From an uncultured Eubacteriales bacterium (GTDB lineage: Bacteria > Bacillota > Clostridia > TANB77 > CAG-508), in the NCBI GenBank assembly GCA_949840345.1, contig CATKWX010000002.1:39359-103358 (forward strand): a stretch of DNA of 64,000 nucleotides, given 5' to 3'. Numbering within the stretch: position 1 is the stretch's first letter; the number at the start of each line of letters is the position of its first letter. Below are positions 9,650 to 19,701 of this stretch, in pieces. The notes beneath the pieces were generated by a model. The model did not search any database and had not been told where the DNA came from. It was given only the letters and a program-made list of their open reading frames with translations. The translations under genes were made by a program, and so were the position numbers.

Positions 9650-10534
9650 TTATTTATTAATCATATATTCTTCTATATTTGGTTCTTGTATATCTTCATC
9701 TTGTACAGTATTAAATTCATAATAGTAATCTATAATTGTATCATTGATTTCTCTACTACTTCCTACTGTTCCACCAAGTATTCTTATAGGAAGTCCCGTT
9801 TCTTTGTCTATATATATTCCGTAATCTCCTTGTCCATTTGGTATGATATTATTTTGAAAATTAGAGATATAGTAGCAGTCTACACCATTGCATTTTACAC
9901 TTCTTATTGATGCTAGAATAGAATTCTTAACGAAGTGTTGTTTCATATTTTCATATATAGAATTAGAATTATTAAATATTTTTAAATTTGTTTTGGAATT
10001 TAAAAATGCAGTTTTTCCATTATTAGATTCCATATATGTATTTGTTTTACCATTATCAGAGTATTCTACTATTTTCGAACTTTTTTCATTATTTAAAGAA
10101 ATCAAAGTTGTTAATGATTTTCCATCTTTACAATAAGTATCTATAACTTGACTGTTTGTTCCACTATATATGTATGTTTTTATATGATAATTTTTGATAT
10201 TTCTATTTCCTTCATATTTTTTTGAAAGATTTGACATTATAATAGCTTTTCTTCCTATGATTATTAATACTATAGCTATTATAATAAGTATTATTATTTT
10301 TAGTATTTTTAATTTTGTATTGAATTTTTTCATGTAGTTTATTTCTTTTTTGTTTGCTCTGTCGATATTAGTCTGAATATTTTCATTCATACTTTTTAAT
10401 ACTTTTGTGCATTCACCACAATTTTTTATATGTTCTTCTATATAGTTTTTGGTTTCTTCATTGGTTAGATTCTCAATGTAATTAGGTAATAAATCTTGAA
10501 CAATTTTACAATCTCTTTTCTTTTCCATAATCAT
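9650..10534 (-). CDS. Zinc-binding (zf-HC2) anti-sigma factor, membrane-anchored
   Basis: C..IVQDLLPNYIE...HIKNCGEC (HxxxCxxC) plus one TM helix, downstream of an ECF sigma. Confidence 0.88.
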   Translation of the reverse strand: MIMEKKRDCKIVQDLLPNYIENLTNEETKNYIEEHIKNCGECTKVLKSMNENIQTNIDRANKKEINYMKKFNTKLKILKIIILIIIAIVLIIIGRKAIIMSNLSKKYEGNRNIKNYHIKTYIYSGTNSQVIDTYCKDGKSLTTLISLNNEKSSKIVEYSDNGKTNTYMESNNGKTAFLNSKTNLKIFNNSNSIYENMKQHFVKNSILASIRSVKCNGVDCYYISNFQNNIIPNGQGDYGIYIDKETGLPIRILGGTVGSSREINDTIIDYYYEFNTVQDEDIQEPNIEEYMINK

Positions 10535-11009
10535 CTACCTCCTTTAATTTTTGTTTTCCTCTGTAAAAAGATACTCTTACCCAACTCTCTGTTTTATTTA
10601 GTATATCTGCTATTTCTCTAAAGGTTAATTCTTCTGTAATCCTTAAATATATTACTTTTTGAACTTCTTTATCTAATTTTTTGATATCTTTATATAAATT
10701 CATTTTATCTTCACTTGAAATAAAGGTGTCTTCTATATTTTCCAGTGCTTCTAGAGAAAAAAATTCATTATCTTTTAAGCTCACAAACTTTTTATTTCTT
10801 TTTAATTCATCATACCATAGGTTTTTTGCTATTTGGCATAGCCACACAGATAATTTACAAGTTCCTTTAAATGAATTTATTTTTTTTACAGCCCTATAAA
10901 AAGTTTCTTGAGTTAGTTCTTCTGAAAGCTCATTATTATGAGTTAGGCAAAACAAGTATTTATTTACTGTTGCAAAATATTCTTTATATATATCTGACAT
11001 ATCTTGCAT
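10506..11009 (-). CDS. ECF RNA polymerase sigma factor
   Basis: EELTQETFYRA, WLCQIAKN, region 4 TFREIADIL...RGKQKL. Confidence 0.92.
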   Translation of the reverse strand: MQDMSDIYKEYFATVNKYLFCLTHNNELSEELTQETFYRAVKKINSFKGTCKLSVWLCQIAKNLWYDELKRNKKFVSLKDNEFFSLEALENIEDTFISSEDKMNLYKDIKKLDKEVQKVIYLRITEELTFREIADILNKTESWVRVSFYRGKQKLKEVDDYGKEKRL

Positions 11010-11118
11010 AAATTACCTCCTTTTATATAAGACTGTTTTATTTTCATTTTGTTACAATTTTTGATAAAAAAATTAAACAGTTCTCAAATTTGAAATTGAG
11101 AACTGCTAATTAAAATTC

Positions 11119-11977
11119 TTATACAGGGTTTACGTGTATAATTGCATTAGATACATTATCTAAATTTAAAATATCCTTTTCTAAATTATCTGCTAAAGCG
11201 TGGCTATCAAATGTAGATAAGTTTCCATCCACAGAAATTGTTAGGATAATAACATACTTATATCCAGAAGGGGTAGAGTACAAATCAGAAATAGATTTTA
11301 TTTCCGGATATTTTTTTGCAAGTTCTAATATTGTATTTTTTGTAAAGTCATCAATAGAAATATCCATTAAAACATTGTAGCTTTCTATAAATATGGTAAG
11401 ACCTGTATAAAAAATCCATATAGAAATTCCAATTCCAACTACACCATCAAACCAAAAAATATCTACTAATGTAAGTAAAATAGAAATTAAAGTAAAGCTA
11501 GTAACGATACAGTCATTTCTATGGTCTTTGCAATTTGCTTCTAGTAAAATATTGTTATATTTTTTGTGCAAATTTTTTGTATAAATGTATAAACAAAGTT
11601 TAATAATTATTGTAACAATACAAACTATTATTAACCAAATAGAAAATTCTAATTTATTATTATTAACAATTGATAATATAGAATCTATAAATAATTTTAC
11701 TGAAACTATAATCATAGATAAACTAATTAGAAATGAGAATATATATTCAGCTTTTCCGATGACCAAAGTTATGAGTATTATCATTAGGTTCGCTCGCAAT
11801 TTTGTTTCCAATAAAAGTCATAAGAGACGCAAAAATATCAGATGCACTGTTTAGGGCATCTGCAATCATAGCTTGACTACCAGATATAAAACCAATTAAT
11901 CCTTTTATAATAAGCAAAAATAAATTGCCAAAGATTCCAAGAATTCCAGCAATTTTAGTACTTTTAAATCTATCCAT
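11119..11977 (-). CDS. Cation diffusion facilitator (FieF-like); about 285 aa after a +1 shift at CGG 11758
   Basis: SQAMIADALNSASD; skipping the C gives HNFGHGKAEY, the CDF H-x-F/Y-G-H-G-K/R-x-E motif; continues with DHRND. Confidence 0.88.
11123..11202. repeat. 80-bp direct repeat, copy 2 (within the CDF 3' end)
   Basis: Matches 8797-8876. Confidence 0.9.
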
Positions 11978-12035
11978 AAGCATCCTCCAATAATACAATT
12001 TTATCACATAATAATATATATGGCAATGTAAGAAT

Positions 12036-12193
12036 TTTATCAAAAATATAATATATATAATTTTTTAAATTCACTCCCAACTGCATAACAGTATGTATGC
12101 CGAAATTTACTTTCGTAATTTCTGCAACATACTGTAATTTGTCGGTTCCCACATTCGTTCATTTAAAAATTATATATATTATATTTTGATAAA
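12036..12193. repeat. Intergenic element closed by an AT-rich inverted repeat of about 33 bp
   Basis: TTTATCAAAAATATAATATATATAATTTTTTAAAT ... ATTTAAAAATTATATATATTATATTTTGATAAA. Confidence 0.65.
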
Positions 12194-12341
12194 TATGCTG
12201 CAAACTGTAGGAGCTTTACAAAAGCTCGTCCGTTCTAATGGAAGGGTGCCATAAAATCTGCATAAGAATTTCTAAATTTTTTCAATTTGCATTCGTAATT
12301 TTATTCTTTTATTATATTTTGATAAACATATTGCAAACAAT

Positions 12342-12413
12342 GTAGGGGCATCGTTTGCGGGAATACCATGTAGGGAACGACGCCCTCGTCGTTCCGCAGA
12401 CACCACTGTGCCC
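12342..12413 (+). repeat. Nested REP-like elements
   Basis: A complete hairpin (12370-12396) lies inside an outer GTAGGGGCA...CACTGTGCCC element. Confidence 0.75.
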
Positions 12414-12417
12414 ATGT

Positions 12418-12741
12418 CTATTCACCTACTATAACTTTAGCTATATTATAAATAAGTTTATATTTATCTTGTGGGCAATTAGCTAAAAGCTCTGAGAATT
12501 CCTTGTTTAAATAATTCTTAGAATTAGTAGAAACTCCTTCTAAAATAAATCCTTTACTTACATCTAGAATTTCACACATTTGGTCTAATCTTTTTAAACT
12601 AAGTTCAGAAGAACCACATTCAATTCTACTTAAATATGCTACAGACATATCTAGCTTTTCTGCAAATTTTTCTTGAGTCATATGTTTATTCTGTCTTGCT
12701 TTTTTTAGTCTTTCTCCAATGATATTATAATCAAGAGCCAT
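12418..12741 (-). CDS. XRE-family helix-turn-helix regulator
   Basis: IGERLKKARQNKHMTQEKFAEKLDMSVAYLSRIECG; likely start MALDY. Confidence 0.88.
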   Translation of the reverse strand: MALDYNIIGERLKKARQNKHMTQEKFAEKLDMSVAYLSRIECGSSELSLKRLDQMCEILDVSKGFILEGVSTNSKNYLNKEFSELLANCPQDKYKLIYNIAKVIVGE

Positions 12742-12920
12742 TTTTATATCACCTATCCTTATAATTACTATGCCCATAAATATAGCATTTATAAGTATAG
12801 TTTTACAGAAATGCATATGTTAACTTTTACTCCCAGTATAAATTTTAAAAAATGCTTGCAAAAAAAAATATTTGTGATAGAATAATAAAAAAGAAAATTT
12901 GTTTGTTTATGGAGGTCAAT

Positions 12921-13520
12921 ATGTACGCATATATTAAAGGAGTTTTAGATATAAAAACTAATGGATATGTAGTTGTAGAAACAGGAGGAATAGGATATAA
13001 AATATTTATGTCTTTAAAATCTATTGAAAATCTTGGAGAAGTTGGAAATACAGTTAAAGTATATACACATTATTATGTAAGGGAAGATAATATAAGTTTG
13101 TATGGATTTACGAGTAATGACGAATTAAGAATGTTTGAATTATTATTATCTGTTAGTGGAATTGGGGCGAAATCTGCAATAGCAATGCTTTCTGAAATAA
13201 GTCCATCTAGCTTTGCATTAGCTGTAATTTCAAATGATGTAAGTAAATTAGTAAAAATACCAGGAATAGGAAACAAAACTGCAGCAAGAATTGTATTAGA
13301 ATTAAAAGACAAGCTAAAAACAGAAGAGGCATTAACTGCTTCAGAAGAAACTATAACAGCAATAAAAGAAGACAACAAAAATGGAGAAGTAATCGCAGCT
13401 CTACAAGTTTTAGGATACACTAGAAAAGAAATAGATAAGGCATTAGAAAAAATAGATATAGATTCAACTGCACTAGAAGACGCAATAAAACAAGCATTAA
13501 AATTATTGCAAACATTGTAA
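12921..13520 (+). CDS. ruvA: Holliday junction branch migration protein RuvA
   Basis: MYAYIKG, VREDNISLYGF, VSGIGAKSA, IPGIGNKTAARIVLELKDK. Confidence 0.96.
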   Translation: MYAYIKGVLDIKTNGYVVVETGGIGYKIFMSLKSIENLGEVGNTVKVYTHYYVREDNISLYGFTSNDELRMFELLLSVSGIGAKSAIAMLSEISPSSFALAVISNDVSKLVKIPGIGNKTAARIVLELKDKLKTEEALTASEETITAIKEDNKNGEVIAALQVLGYTRKEIDKALEKIDIDSTALEDAIKQALKLLQTL

Positions 13521-13614
13521 GGGTAAGAGACCAGTATATTTAATTGCTTACAATAAGCATATTGCAAACGTTATTATCTAAAACTACGAATATATAAACA
13601 ATGAGAAGAGGAGA

Positions 13615-14868
13615 ATGTTTATGGATTTGTCACAGCCACTTGCATATAGAGTAAGACCAAAAACATTAGATGAATTTATTGGTCAGGAAGAAGTTATAGG
13701 GAAAGATAAAATATTATATAGAACAATAAAAGCAGATAGATTATCTAGCATAATTTTATTTGGACCACCGGGGTGTGGAAAAACATCACTTGCAAAAGTA
13801 ATAAGTCAAACTACAAAATGCAAATTTGTAAAACTAAATGCAGTAACATCAGGAATAGGAGATATAAAAAATGCAATAGCAGATGCTAAAAATTTATTGC
13901 TAAATCCCACAGGAAAATGTATTTTATTTATAGATGAGATTCACAGATTTAACAAATTGCAACAAGATGTATTGCTTCCATATGTAGAAGATGGAACAGT
14001 TATTTTAATAGGAGCGACTACTGAAAATCCATATTTTGAAGTAAATAAAGCTTTAATATCGAGGTCAATGGTTATAAAACTAAATCCACTACAAAAACAA
14101 GATATTTTTAAAATATTAAAAAATGCTTTAGTAAATGAAGAGGGATTAGGTACTTACAATATAAATATATCAGATGAAACTCTAGAAAATATTGCTGAGG
14201 TTGCGGGTGGGGATGTAAGAACAGCACTAAATGGACTAGAAGTTGGGGTTCTTACTACTCCAGTTGATAAAAATGGAATAATTAATATAACAGATGAAAT
14301 AGCTAAAGAATGCGTAAGACAAAGAAAAGCTGTTTTTGATAAAAACGGAGATAGTCATTATGATAATATAAGTGCTTTTATAAAATCTATGAGAGGTAGT
14401 GACCCAGATGCAACAATCTTCTATTTAGCTAGAGCAATAAATGGAGGGGAAGATCCAGTTTTTCTTGCAAGAAGAATTGTACTTGCAGCATCAGAAGATG
14501 TTGGACTTGCAAATCCAAATGCATTAGTAGTTGCAACATCTGCAATGCAAGCTGTAGCTATGATTGGAATGCCAGAAGCAAAAATAATATTATCTGAAGC
14601 TGCAACATATGTGGCATTATCAAAGAAATCCAATGCAACGTATTTAGGAATAAATAGAGCAATAGAAGATGTACAAACAAAAGATACAGGAGAAATTCCA
14701 ATGCATATAAGAAATGCACCAGTTGAAGGTATGAGTTTGCTAGGATACGGAGAAGGATATAAATATCCTCACGATTACCCAATGCACCAAGTAGAGCAGC
14801 AATATTTGCCAGATAAAATGCTAGGAACTAAATATTATATAAAAGATGAAACAATAGGGGATATATAG
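13615..14868 (+). CDS. rarA: Replication-associated recombination protein A (MgsA/RarA)
   Basis: PLAYRVRPKTL, GPPGCGKT, FIDEIHRFNK, ISAFIKSMRGSDPDA, YKYPHDY. Confidence 0.95.
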   Translation: MFMDLSQPLAYRVRPKTLDEFIGQEEVIGKDKILYRTIKADRLSSIILFGPPGCGKTSLAKVISQTTKCKFVKLNAVTSGIGDIKNAIADAKNLLLNPTGKCILFIDEIHRFNKLQQDVLLPYVEDGTVILIGATTENPYFEVNKALISRSMVIKLNPLQKQDIFKILKNALVNEEGLGTYNINISDETLENIAEVAGGDVRTALNGLEVGVLTTPVDKNGIINITDEIAKECVRQRKAVFDKNGDSHYDNISAFIKSMRGSDPDATIFYLARAINGGEDPVFLARRIVLAASEDVGLANPNALVVATSAMQAVAMIGMPEAKIILSEAATYVALSKKSNATYLGINRAIEDVQTKDTGEIPMHIRNAPVEGMSLLGYGEGYKYPHDYPMHQVEQQYLPDKMLGTKYYIKDETIGDI

Positions 14869-14943
14869 AATTTTAAGAAGAAAGAACTAGCTAATTGGCA
14901 AATTCTTTCTTCTTATTGCAGTAATTCCAGTGTCTATTTTGTT

Positions 14944-15165
14944 TTAGTCTTGTTTTTCATTATCATCAGGCACAAATTCTAATAAATCAGATATTTCACA
15001 ATTAAAAGCTTTACAAATACTATTTAACTGACTTATGTCTAATCTTTTTGTTTCCTCATAGTACATTTTAGAAATAGTAGCAGGTCTGATTTTTGTTAAA
15101 TTAGCCAAAGTCTTTTGATTCATTTTGTGTTTGCCAAGCAAATCAGATAATTTAATTCTAATCAT
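14944..15165 (-). CDS. Cro/C1-type HTH regulator (YozG-like)
   Basis: IKLSDLLGKHKMNQKTLANLTKIRPATIS...ICKAFNCEISDLLE. Confidence 0.85.
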   Translation of the reverse strand: MIRIKLSDLLGKHKMNQKTLANLTKIRPATISKMYYEETKRLDISQLNSICKAFNCEISDLLEFVPDDNEKQD

Positions 15166-15356
15166 ACATCATCAATCCTTCTAAAAATAATGATAAAAAG
15201 TCACAAATTTTCTCTTTTTGTTGTATTTTATCATTTTATAATATAAAATAACACATAAGAAACAAAATATAACTGTTAAAGTAACAAAAAGTTGCCTAGC
15301 AGTAAAATAAATATAGTACAATGTATAATCTATAGGTAAAAAAAGGGGACGTAAAA

Positions 15357-15551
15357 ATGAAAAAAATTGATTCGGAATTAGATATTGATGAACTTAAGAG
15401 AAAAGATAAATTATATTTAAAAGAATTACAGGTTTTTCTAGATAAAGTAGAAAGTATAAAAGATGAAGAATTAAAGTCACAAATATTGTATCAAATGCAT
15501 AGATGTGAAGAGAGAATTATATTAATGTGTAAAGAATTAATAAGTAAGTAA
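15357..15551 (+). CDS. Hypothetical protein
   Basis: AAGGGG RBS, host-like composition, divergent from the HTH gene. Confidence 0.6.
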   Translation: MKKIDSELDIDELKRKDKLYLKELQVFLDKVESIKDEELKSQILYQMHRCEERIILMCKELISK

Positions 15552-15629
15552 TTTTAAAGTATAAAAGCAAGCATTTTAGACAAAATAAATATAGAGTTAC
15601 TATTTATGAATTGAAATTTAAAATAAACC

Positions 15630-15778
15630 GTAAAATATAAATATATATTATTTTTTATTCCGTTCTCCAAGGCGCTTGAGATACGACTATTCGAATTGAA
15701 AGTGACACACTCTACTTGAGAAAAAGACAAAGTGACTCAGGGTCGAACTCGTAAAAAATAATATATATTTATATTTAC
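15630..15778. repeat. Structured intergenic element, copy 1 of 3
   Basis: Core TTATTCCGTTCTCCAAGGCG..GACACACT..GGTCGAACTCGTAAAA inside an AT-rich inverted repeat. Confidence 0.85.
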
Positions 15779-15835
15779 TATCCTAATGTTTAAACATATA
15801 TAATTCTAAATAGTATAGAAATTTAGGAGTCTAGA

Positions 15836-16184
15836 ATGATAAAAAATGTGATAATTGGACTTTTTGCTGGAGTTGTTAGTGGGCTATTTGCATCAGGTGG
15901 AGGAATGATAGTTGTTCCAGCGTTTATAAGTATACTTAAGATGGATGAGCCACGGAGCAAGAGCAACATCTGTTTTTGCAATATTACCAATGGTAATTGC
16001 AAGTAGTTTTTTTTACTTAAAGAATAACTATATTGATTGGAAAATAGGAATACTATGTGCAATAGGTGGAATTATAGGTGGATATGTTGGAACAAAACTA
16101 CTTAAAAAATTATCAGATAAGATATTAAAAATTTCATTTATAATATTTTTATTTTATGTGTCTATTAGAATGATTATAAGTTAA
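15836..16184 (+). CDS. TauE/SafE (TSUP) exporter half; about 115 aa after a +1 shift at CGG 15953
   Basis: IGLFAGVVSGLFASGGGMIVVP, then C-skip gives GARATSVFAILP; AGGAG RBS before ATG 15836. Confidence 0.85.
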
Positions 16185-16194
16185 GAGGTGAAAT

Positions 16195-16573
16195 ATGGTA
16201 GAAGTACTTTCAGGAGTAATATCTGGTATTGTTAGTGGAATGGGTATGGGCGGAGGAACTATACTCATATTAATTCTTTCATTGTTTTTAGGATTAGACC
16301 AACACGTAGCACAAGCTACAAACTTGGTTTTTTTTATACCTACCTCAATTACTTCAATAATAGTTAATACTAAAAATAAAATGATAAAATGGAAAATTGG
16401 AATACCTGTTGCAATTTTTCGGAGTGATAGGTGCACTGATAGGTGCAAGCGTTGCTGTGAACATGGAGGTAAATAAGTTAAAAAGGTTTTTTGGCATTTT
16501 TTTGGGATTTATTGCAATTTATCAAACATATTGTTTAATAAAACAGTATAAATCTGAAAAGAAAAACAAATAA
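16195..16573 (+). CDS. TauE/SafE (TSUP) exporter half; about 125 aa after a +1 shift at CGG 16420
   Basis: GMGMGGGTILI...QHVAQATNL; C-skip gives FGVIGALIGASVAVNMEVNKLKRFFGIFL. Confidence 0.85.
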
Positions 16574-16692
16574 TAGTATTGTAACGAAAAATGACCTAAG
16601 AGTGAAAAGTGAATAGTGAATGTAGGGGCGCATGATTGCGCCCCAGTGAAGAGTACAAAATTTGCTTCACAAATTTTGAAGGAGGAATTGTT

Positions 16693-16830
16693 ATGAAATT
16701 TGTAAAAGGAATATTAATAGGGACTGTTATTTCAGCAGGTGTTGCTCTTATGTATTCAGAAAGTTCTATGAGTAAAAGAAAGATAATGAAAAAGGGAAGA
16801 AAAATAGCAAAGAAAATAGGAATGATGTAG
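16693..16830 (+). CDS. Small protein with an N-terminal TM helix (YtxH-like)
   Basis: GGAGG RBS; MKFVKGILIGTVISAGVALMY. Confidence 0.65.
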   Translation: MKFVKGILIGTVISAGVALMYSESSMSKRKIMKKGRKIAKKIGMM

Positions 16831-16983
16831 GTTATAAAAATATATAATTAAATGAAAAAAGAGAAGGAAAATGAAGAAAAGATTTAAAATTTAATTAATA
16901 GAGATAAAAAATAAACAAATTATAACATTGAATATAAGTAATTTATATAGTAGAATAAAGATACATTAAAAAGTAAATATGAT

Positions 16984-17168
16984 TTTCCCTGCGTAGTGCG
17001 TGTAGACTGAAATTTTAGAACCAACAAGTTAGGAGAGGGAGCTTAAACTCCGAATATGGCGTGCATGCTTAAATTTATTTAAGAAGCCCAGGAATATTTG
17101 GGAAAGCACCCACCTGTGTAAGAGCAGGTCCTTAAAATTTCTTTAAAGTTACGGCTAATGTGGGGTTA
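16984..17168 (+). ncRNA. ssrS: 6S RNA
   Basis: About 185 nt, closing CCCTGCG/TGTGGGG stem, clostridial-type blocks GAACCAAC, GGGAGC, GGCGTGC, GCACCCACCTG...GCAGGT; upstream TTGAAT..TAGAAT; boundaries approximate. Confidence 0.75.
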
Positions 17169-17173
17169 TTTTT

Positions 17174-17338
17174 TTATCTAATATACAACATAATACTAGC
17201 AAGTATTGAAGAGCCTAAAGCAACACAAATTATTGTAATTGCGCCAGGCTTATTTTTATTGGTTTTCAATTCAAATATACCATAACTAATAGTTTTAATA
17301 AAAACGTAAATTATTAATAAAAACATAAAAATCTTCAT
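17174..17338 (-). CDS. Small two-TM protein (54 aa) after the germinant receptor operon
   Basis: GGAG RBS directly after the gerC-type stop; MKIFMFLLIIYVFIKTISYGIFELK... Confidence 0.65.
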   Translation of the reverse strand: MKIFMFLLIIYVFIKTISYGIFELKTNKNKPGAITIICVALGSSILASIMLYIR

Positions 17339-17350
17339 ACAATTCTCCAC

Positions 17351-18580
17351 CTACATTTTAGAAAATAATTCTCCTGAATTTATATTTATAGAAACCTCCA
17401 CATTAAAAAAAGCATTTTGATAGTTTGAAAGCCAATTTGAAGAAACCCATTCATCCCAAGTTAAATAATCTTTTACTACATATTTTCCAAACCCTACAAT
17501 ATCAGTTTTAAAGTCTTTTGAAGTTTTATATAATAAAGAAGATATTTGAGCCTCTAAATAGTTGTTTGCAGTTTTTCCAACGATGTCTAATTCTTTTGCA
17601 GAAGAATGATTACTAACTTCATCAGAAGATGCAATATATCCTTCTAAGGTTACTTTAACATCAATATATGGACTATTATTAATCATTTTCACATCACACT
17701 TTGTATCTCTTTTTGGGTTTAAATAAATATCAATAGAATCACTAGGAGATATCGGATTTGGAATTGTAATCATACAATTATCAAATCTATTAGTAACAAT
17801 AGAGTAACAAAGAGATTCCATACCATCTAATTCACCAATTAATTTATCTTCTTTAAATACCGCAAGTCCCATACACTCCAAATTTGTTTTATCTTTTATA
17901 GGAGTTTCATTTGCTTTATAACTGGAGTCTATATTAAATTTATCCACATTACTAAATGAATTATGAGTTTGATTTGTATTTACTCCTGCAAGTATTCCTA
18001 TTGGTTGAGTATAAGTGCTTTTTAAATTAGAGTAAAAATCATTTAACTGAACATCCACTGTATATGCGGTATATTCACTAGAATTTAAAGCAGCTTCATA
18101 ATATCTAGCAGTTAATTTTTCAAGTGTAGGTTTTGCATTCTCAATAAAATTAATAGCATCACATCTAGTAATCAAAACATTACAATCTGGTCTAACTTGA
18201 ACATTATCAACTAAGGTATATATATATTCTGCAATACCATCTGCAGCTAATTCCTCAGATATAACTATTACTTTACAGTGTGATAAATTTACCTGTTTAC
18301 TAATATAGCTGTTAATAAGATTAATTCCAGAGGAAATTGAAGAACACTCAATTGAAGTTATTGTCGTTGCATCAGATTGACTACTGCCTTCTGATTCGCC
18401 TCCGCTAGCACTAGGTGTTGCAAATTGTATGCTTAATTTAATTGCATTATTTTCTCCTTTATCAATTCCAAGAGCGATTGCGTATGATAAATCTTCAATT
18501 CCCTTAGAATCATAGCATCCAGTAAGAGAAAACATACATAATGTTAATATTAAAAATAAACATAAAAGTTTTCTTTTCAT
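17351..18580 (-). CDS. Germinant receptor C subunit, Ger(x)C lipoprotein
   Basis: Lipobox LTGC, LSHCKVIVISEELA, GLAVFKEDKLIG. Confidence 0.92.
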   Translation of the reverse strand: MKRKLLCLFLILTLCMFSLTGCYDSKGIEDLSYAIALGIDKGENNAIKLSIQFATPSASGGESEGSSQSDATTITSIECSSISSGINLINSYISKQVNLSHCKVIVISEELAADGIAEYIYTLVDNVQVRPDCNVLITRCDAINFIENAKPTLEKLTARYYEAALNSSEYTAYTVDVQLNDFYSNLKSTYTQPIGILAGVNTNQTHNSFSNVDKFNIDSSYKANETPIKDKTNLECMGLAVFKEDKLIGELDGMESLCYSIVTNRFDNCMITIPNPISPSDSIDIYLNPKRDTKCDVKMINNSPYIDVKVTLEGYIASSDEVSNHSSAKELDIVGKTANNYLEAQISSLLYKTSKDFKTDIVGFGKYVVKDYLTWDEWVSSNWLSNYQNAFFNVEVSININSGELFSKM

Positions 18581-18592
18581 AAAATCACCGCC

Positions 18593-19684
18593 TTATTTCA
18601 ATTTTTCTCGTTTCTTTTTAATGTTTGCTAGAATTAAAATAAGAGTACTAAATCCAAAAATAAAATATAAAATAGAATATCTAAAAAGAGTATAATTGAT
18701 TGTTCTAATTTCAGATATATTATTGGGTATTAATGCTAGTCCTAATATTAAAACACAAAAACAATATGTCATAGCCTTCGAATCTTGAATATTAGTAATC
18801 TTTTTAAATATGTTTAATATTATAAATAGTGTTATTGTCAGGTATGAAAGACATGACAATATAAAAAGAAGTATAAATAATGCATCTGTTCTTTGAAACA
18901 AACGGCCGAAATTTAACGATCTAGTTAATAGATATATGGAATTTGCTTCATCACTAACTGCAATATATGGAAACACTAAAATTAAAGTAATAACACTTAA
19001 AAATAAATATATACTAGATATTATAATAGATATTATAGATATTTTTTTAAACTGTTTACAATCTTTTAAATAAGGCATTATTAAAAATAAATAAGTAAGT
19101 CCACTATATGAAAAAATGTTAGAAATGCCACTAACAAAGGTTTTATCAACTCCATTACCTAGTATAGGGAAAATTCTTTCAGGGATGATGCTTTTAAAGC
19201 TAGAAAACCAAATAATAAATATGCTTAAAACAACTATTGGCATAATAAATAAGTTAGCTTTTGCTATAGCTTTAAGTCCAAATTTATTTCCAACTATACA
19301 TCCAATTAAGAAAAATAACATAATAAAAGTTAAAGGAGAATTTGAATAGTATATTATTTTTAAAGTTTCTGTGAAATCTCTTAATACTAATGCAGCAACA
19401 AGGATAAAAACAAGTAAATATCCTATGCCAGAAATCTTTTTTAGGATTCCACCACCTAAGTAATTAGAAACATCGAAAATATCATAGCCTTCAAATTTTT
19501 TAAATAATTTTACAATTAATAATGTAAATATAATAGCTATAATACTAATATAAATTACATTTATCCATGCACTACTACCACAATCAATAATTATAGATTT
19601 TGGAAGATTTAAAATTATTTTATTAGTTATAACTACAAGTATAAATAATATCGCTTCAAATAATCCTATTTTTGCAGTATCCAC
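18593..19684 (-). CDS. Germinant receptor B subunit (GerAB family permease)
   Basis: About 10 TM segments, FPILGNG, FQRTDALF; GTG start. Confidence 0.9.
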   Translation of the reverse strand: MDTAKIGLFEAILFILVVITNKIILNLPKSIIIDCGSSAWINVIYISIIAIIFTLLIVKLFKKFEGYDIFDVSNYLGGGILKKISGIGYLLVFILVAALVLRDFTETLKIIYYSNSPLTFIMLFFLIGCIVGNKFGLKAIAKANLFIMPIVVLSIFIIWFSSFKSIIPERIFPILGNGVDKTFVSGISNIFSYSGLTYLFLIMPYLKDCKQFKKISIISIIISSIYLFLSVITLILVFPYIAVSDEANSIYLLTRSLNFGRLFQRTDALFILLFILSCLSYLTITLFIILNIFKKITNIQDSKAMTYCFCVLILGLALIPNNISEIRTINYTLFRYSILYFIFGFSTLILILANIKKKREKLK

Positions 19685-19701
19685 AATATCCCTCCTAATA
19701 A

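Noticed and set aside
12921-14868. ruvA followed by an AAA+ gene read as ruvB
   Set aside because: The motifs (FIKSMRGSDPDA, YKYPHDY) identify RarA/MgsA; ruvB is probably elsewhere.
15630-15778. Three-copy element as a tRNA or T-box
   Set aside because: Only a GTTCGA-like motif on the reverse strand; I see no cloverleaf, no TGGNACC T-box and no consistent downstream amino-acid genes.
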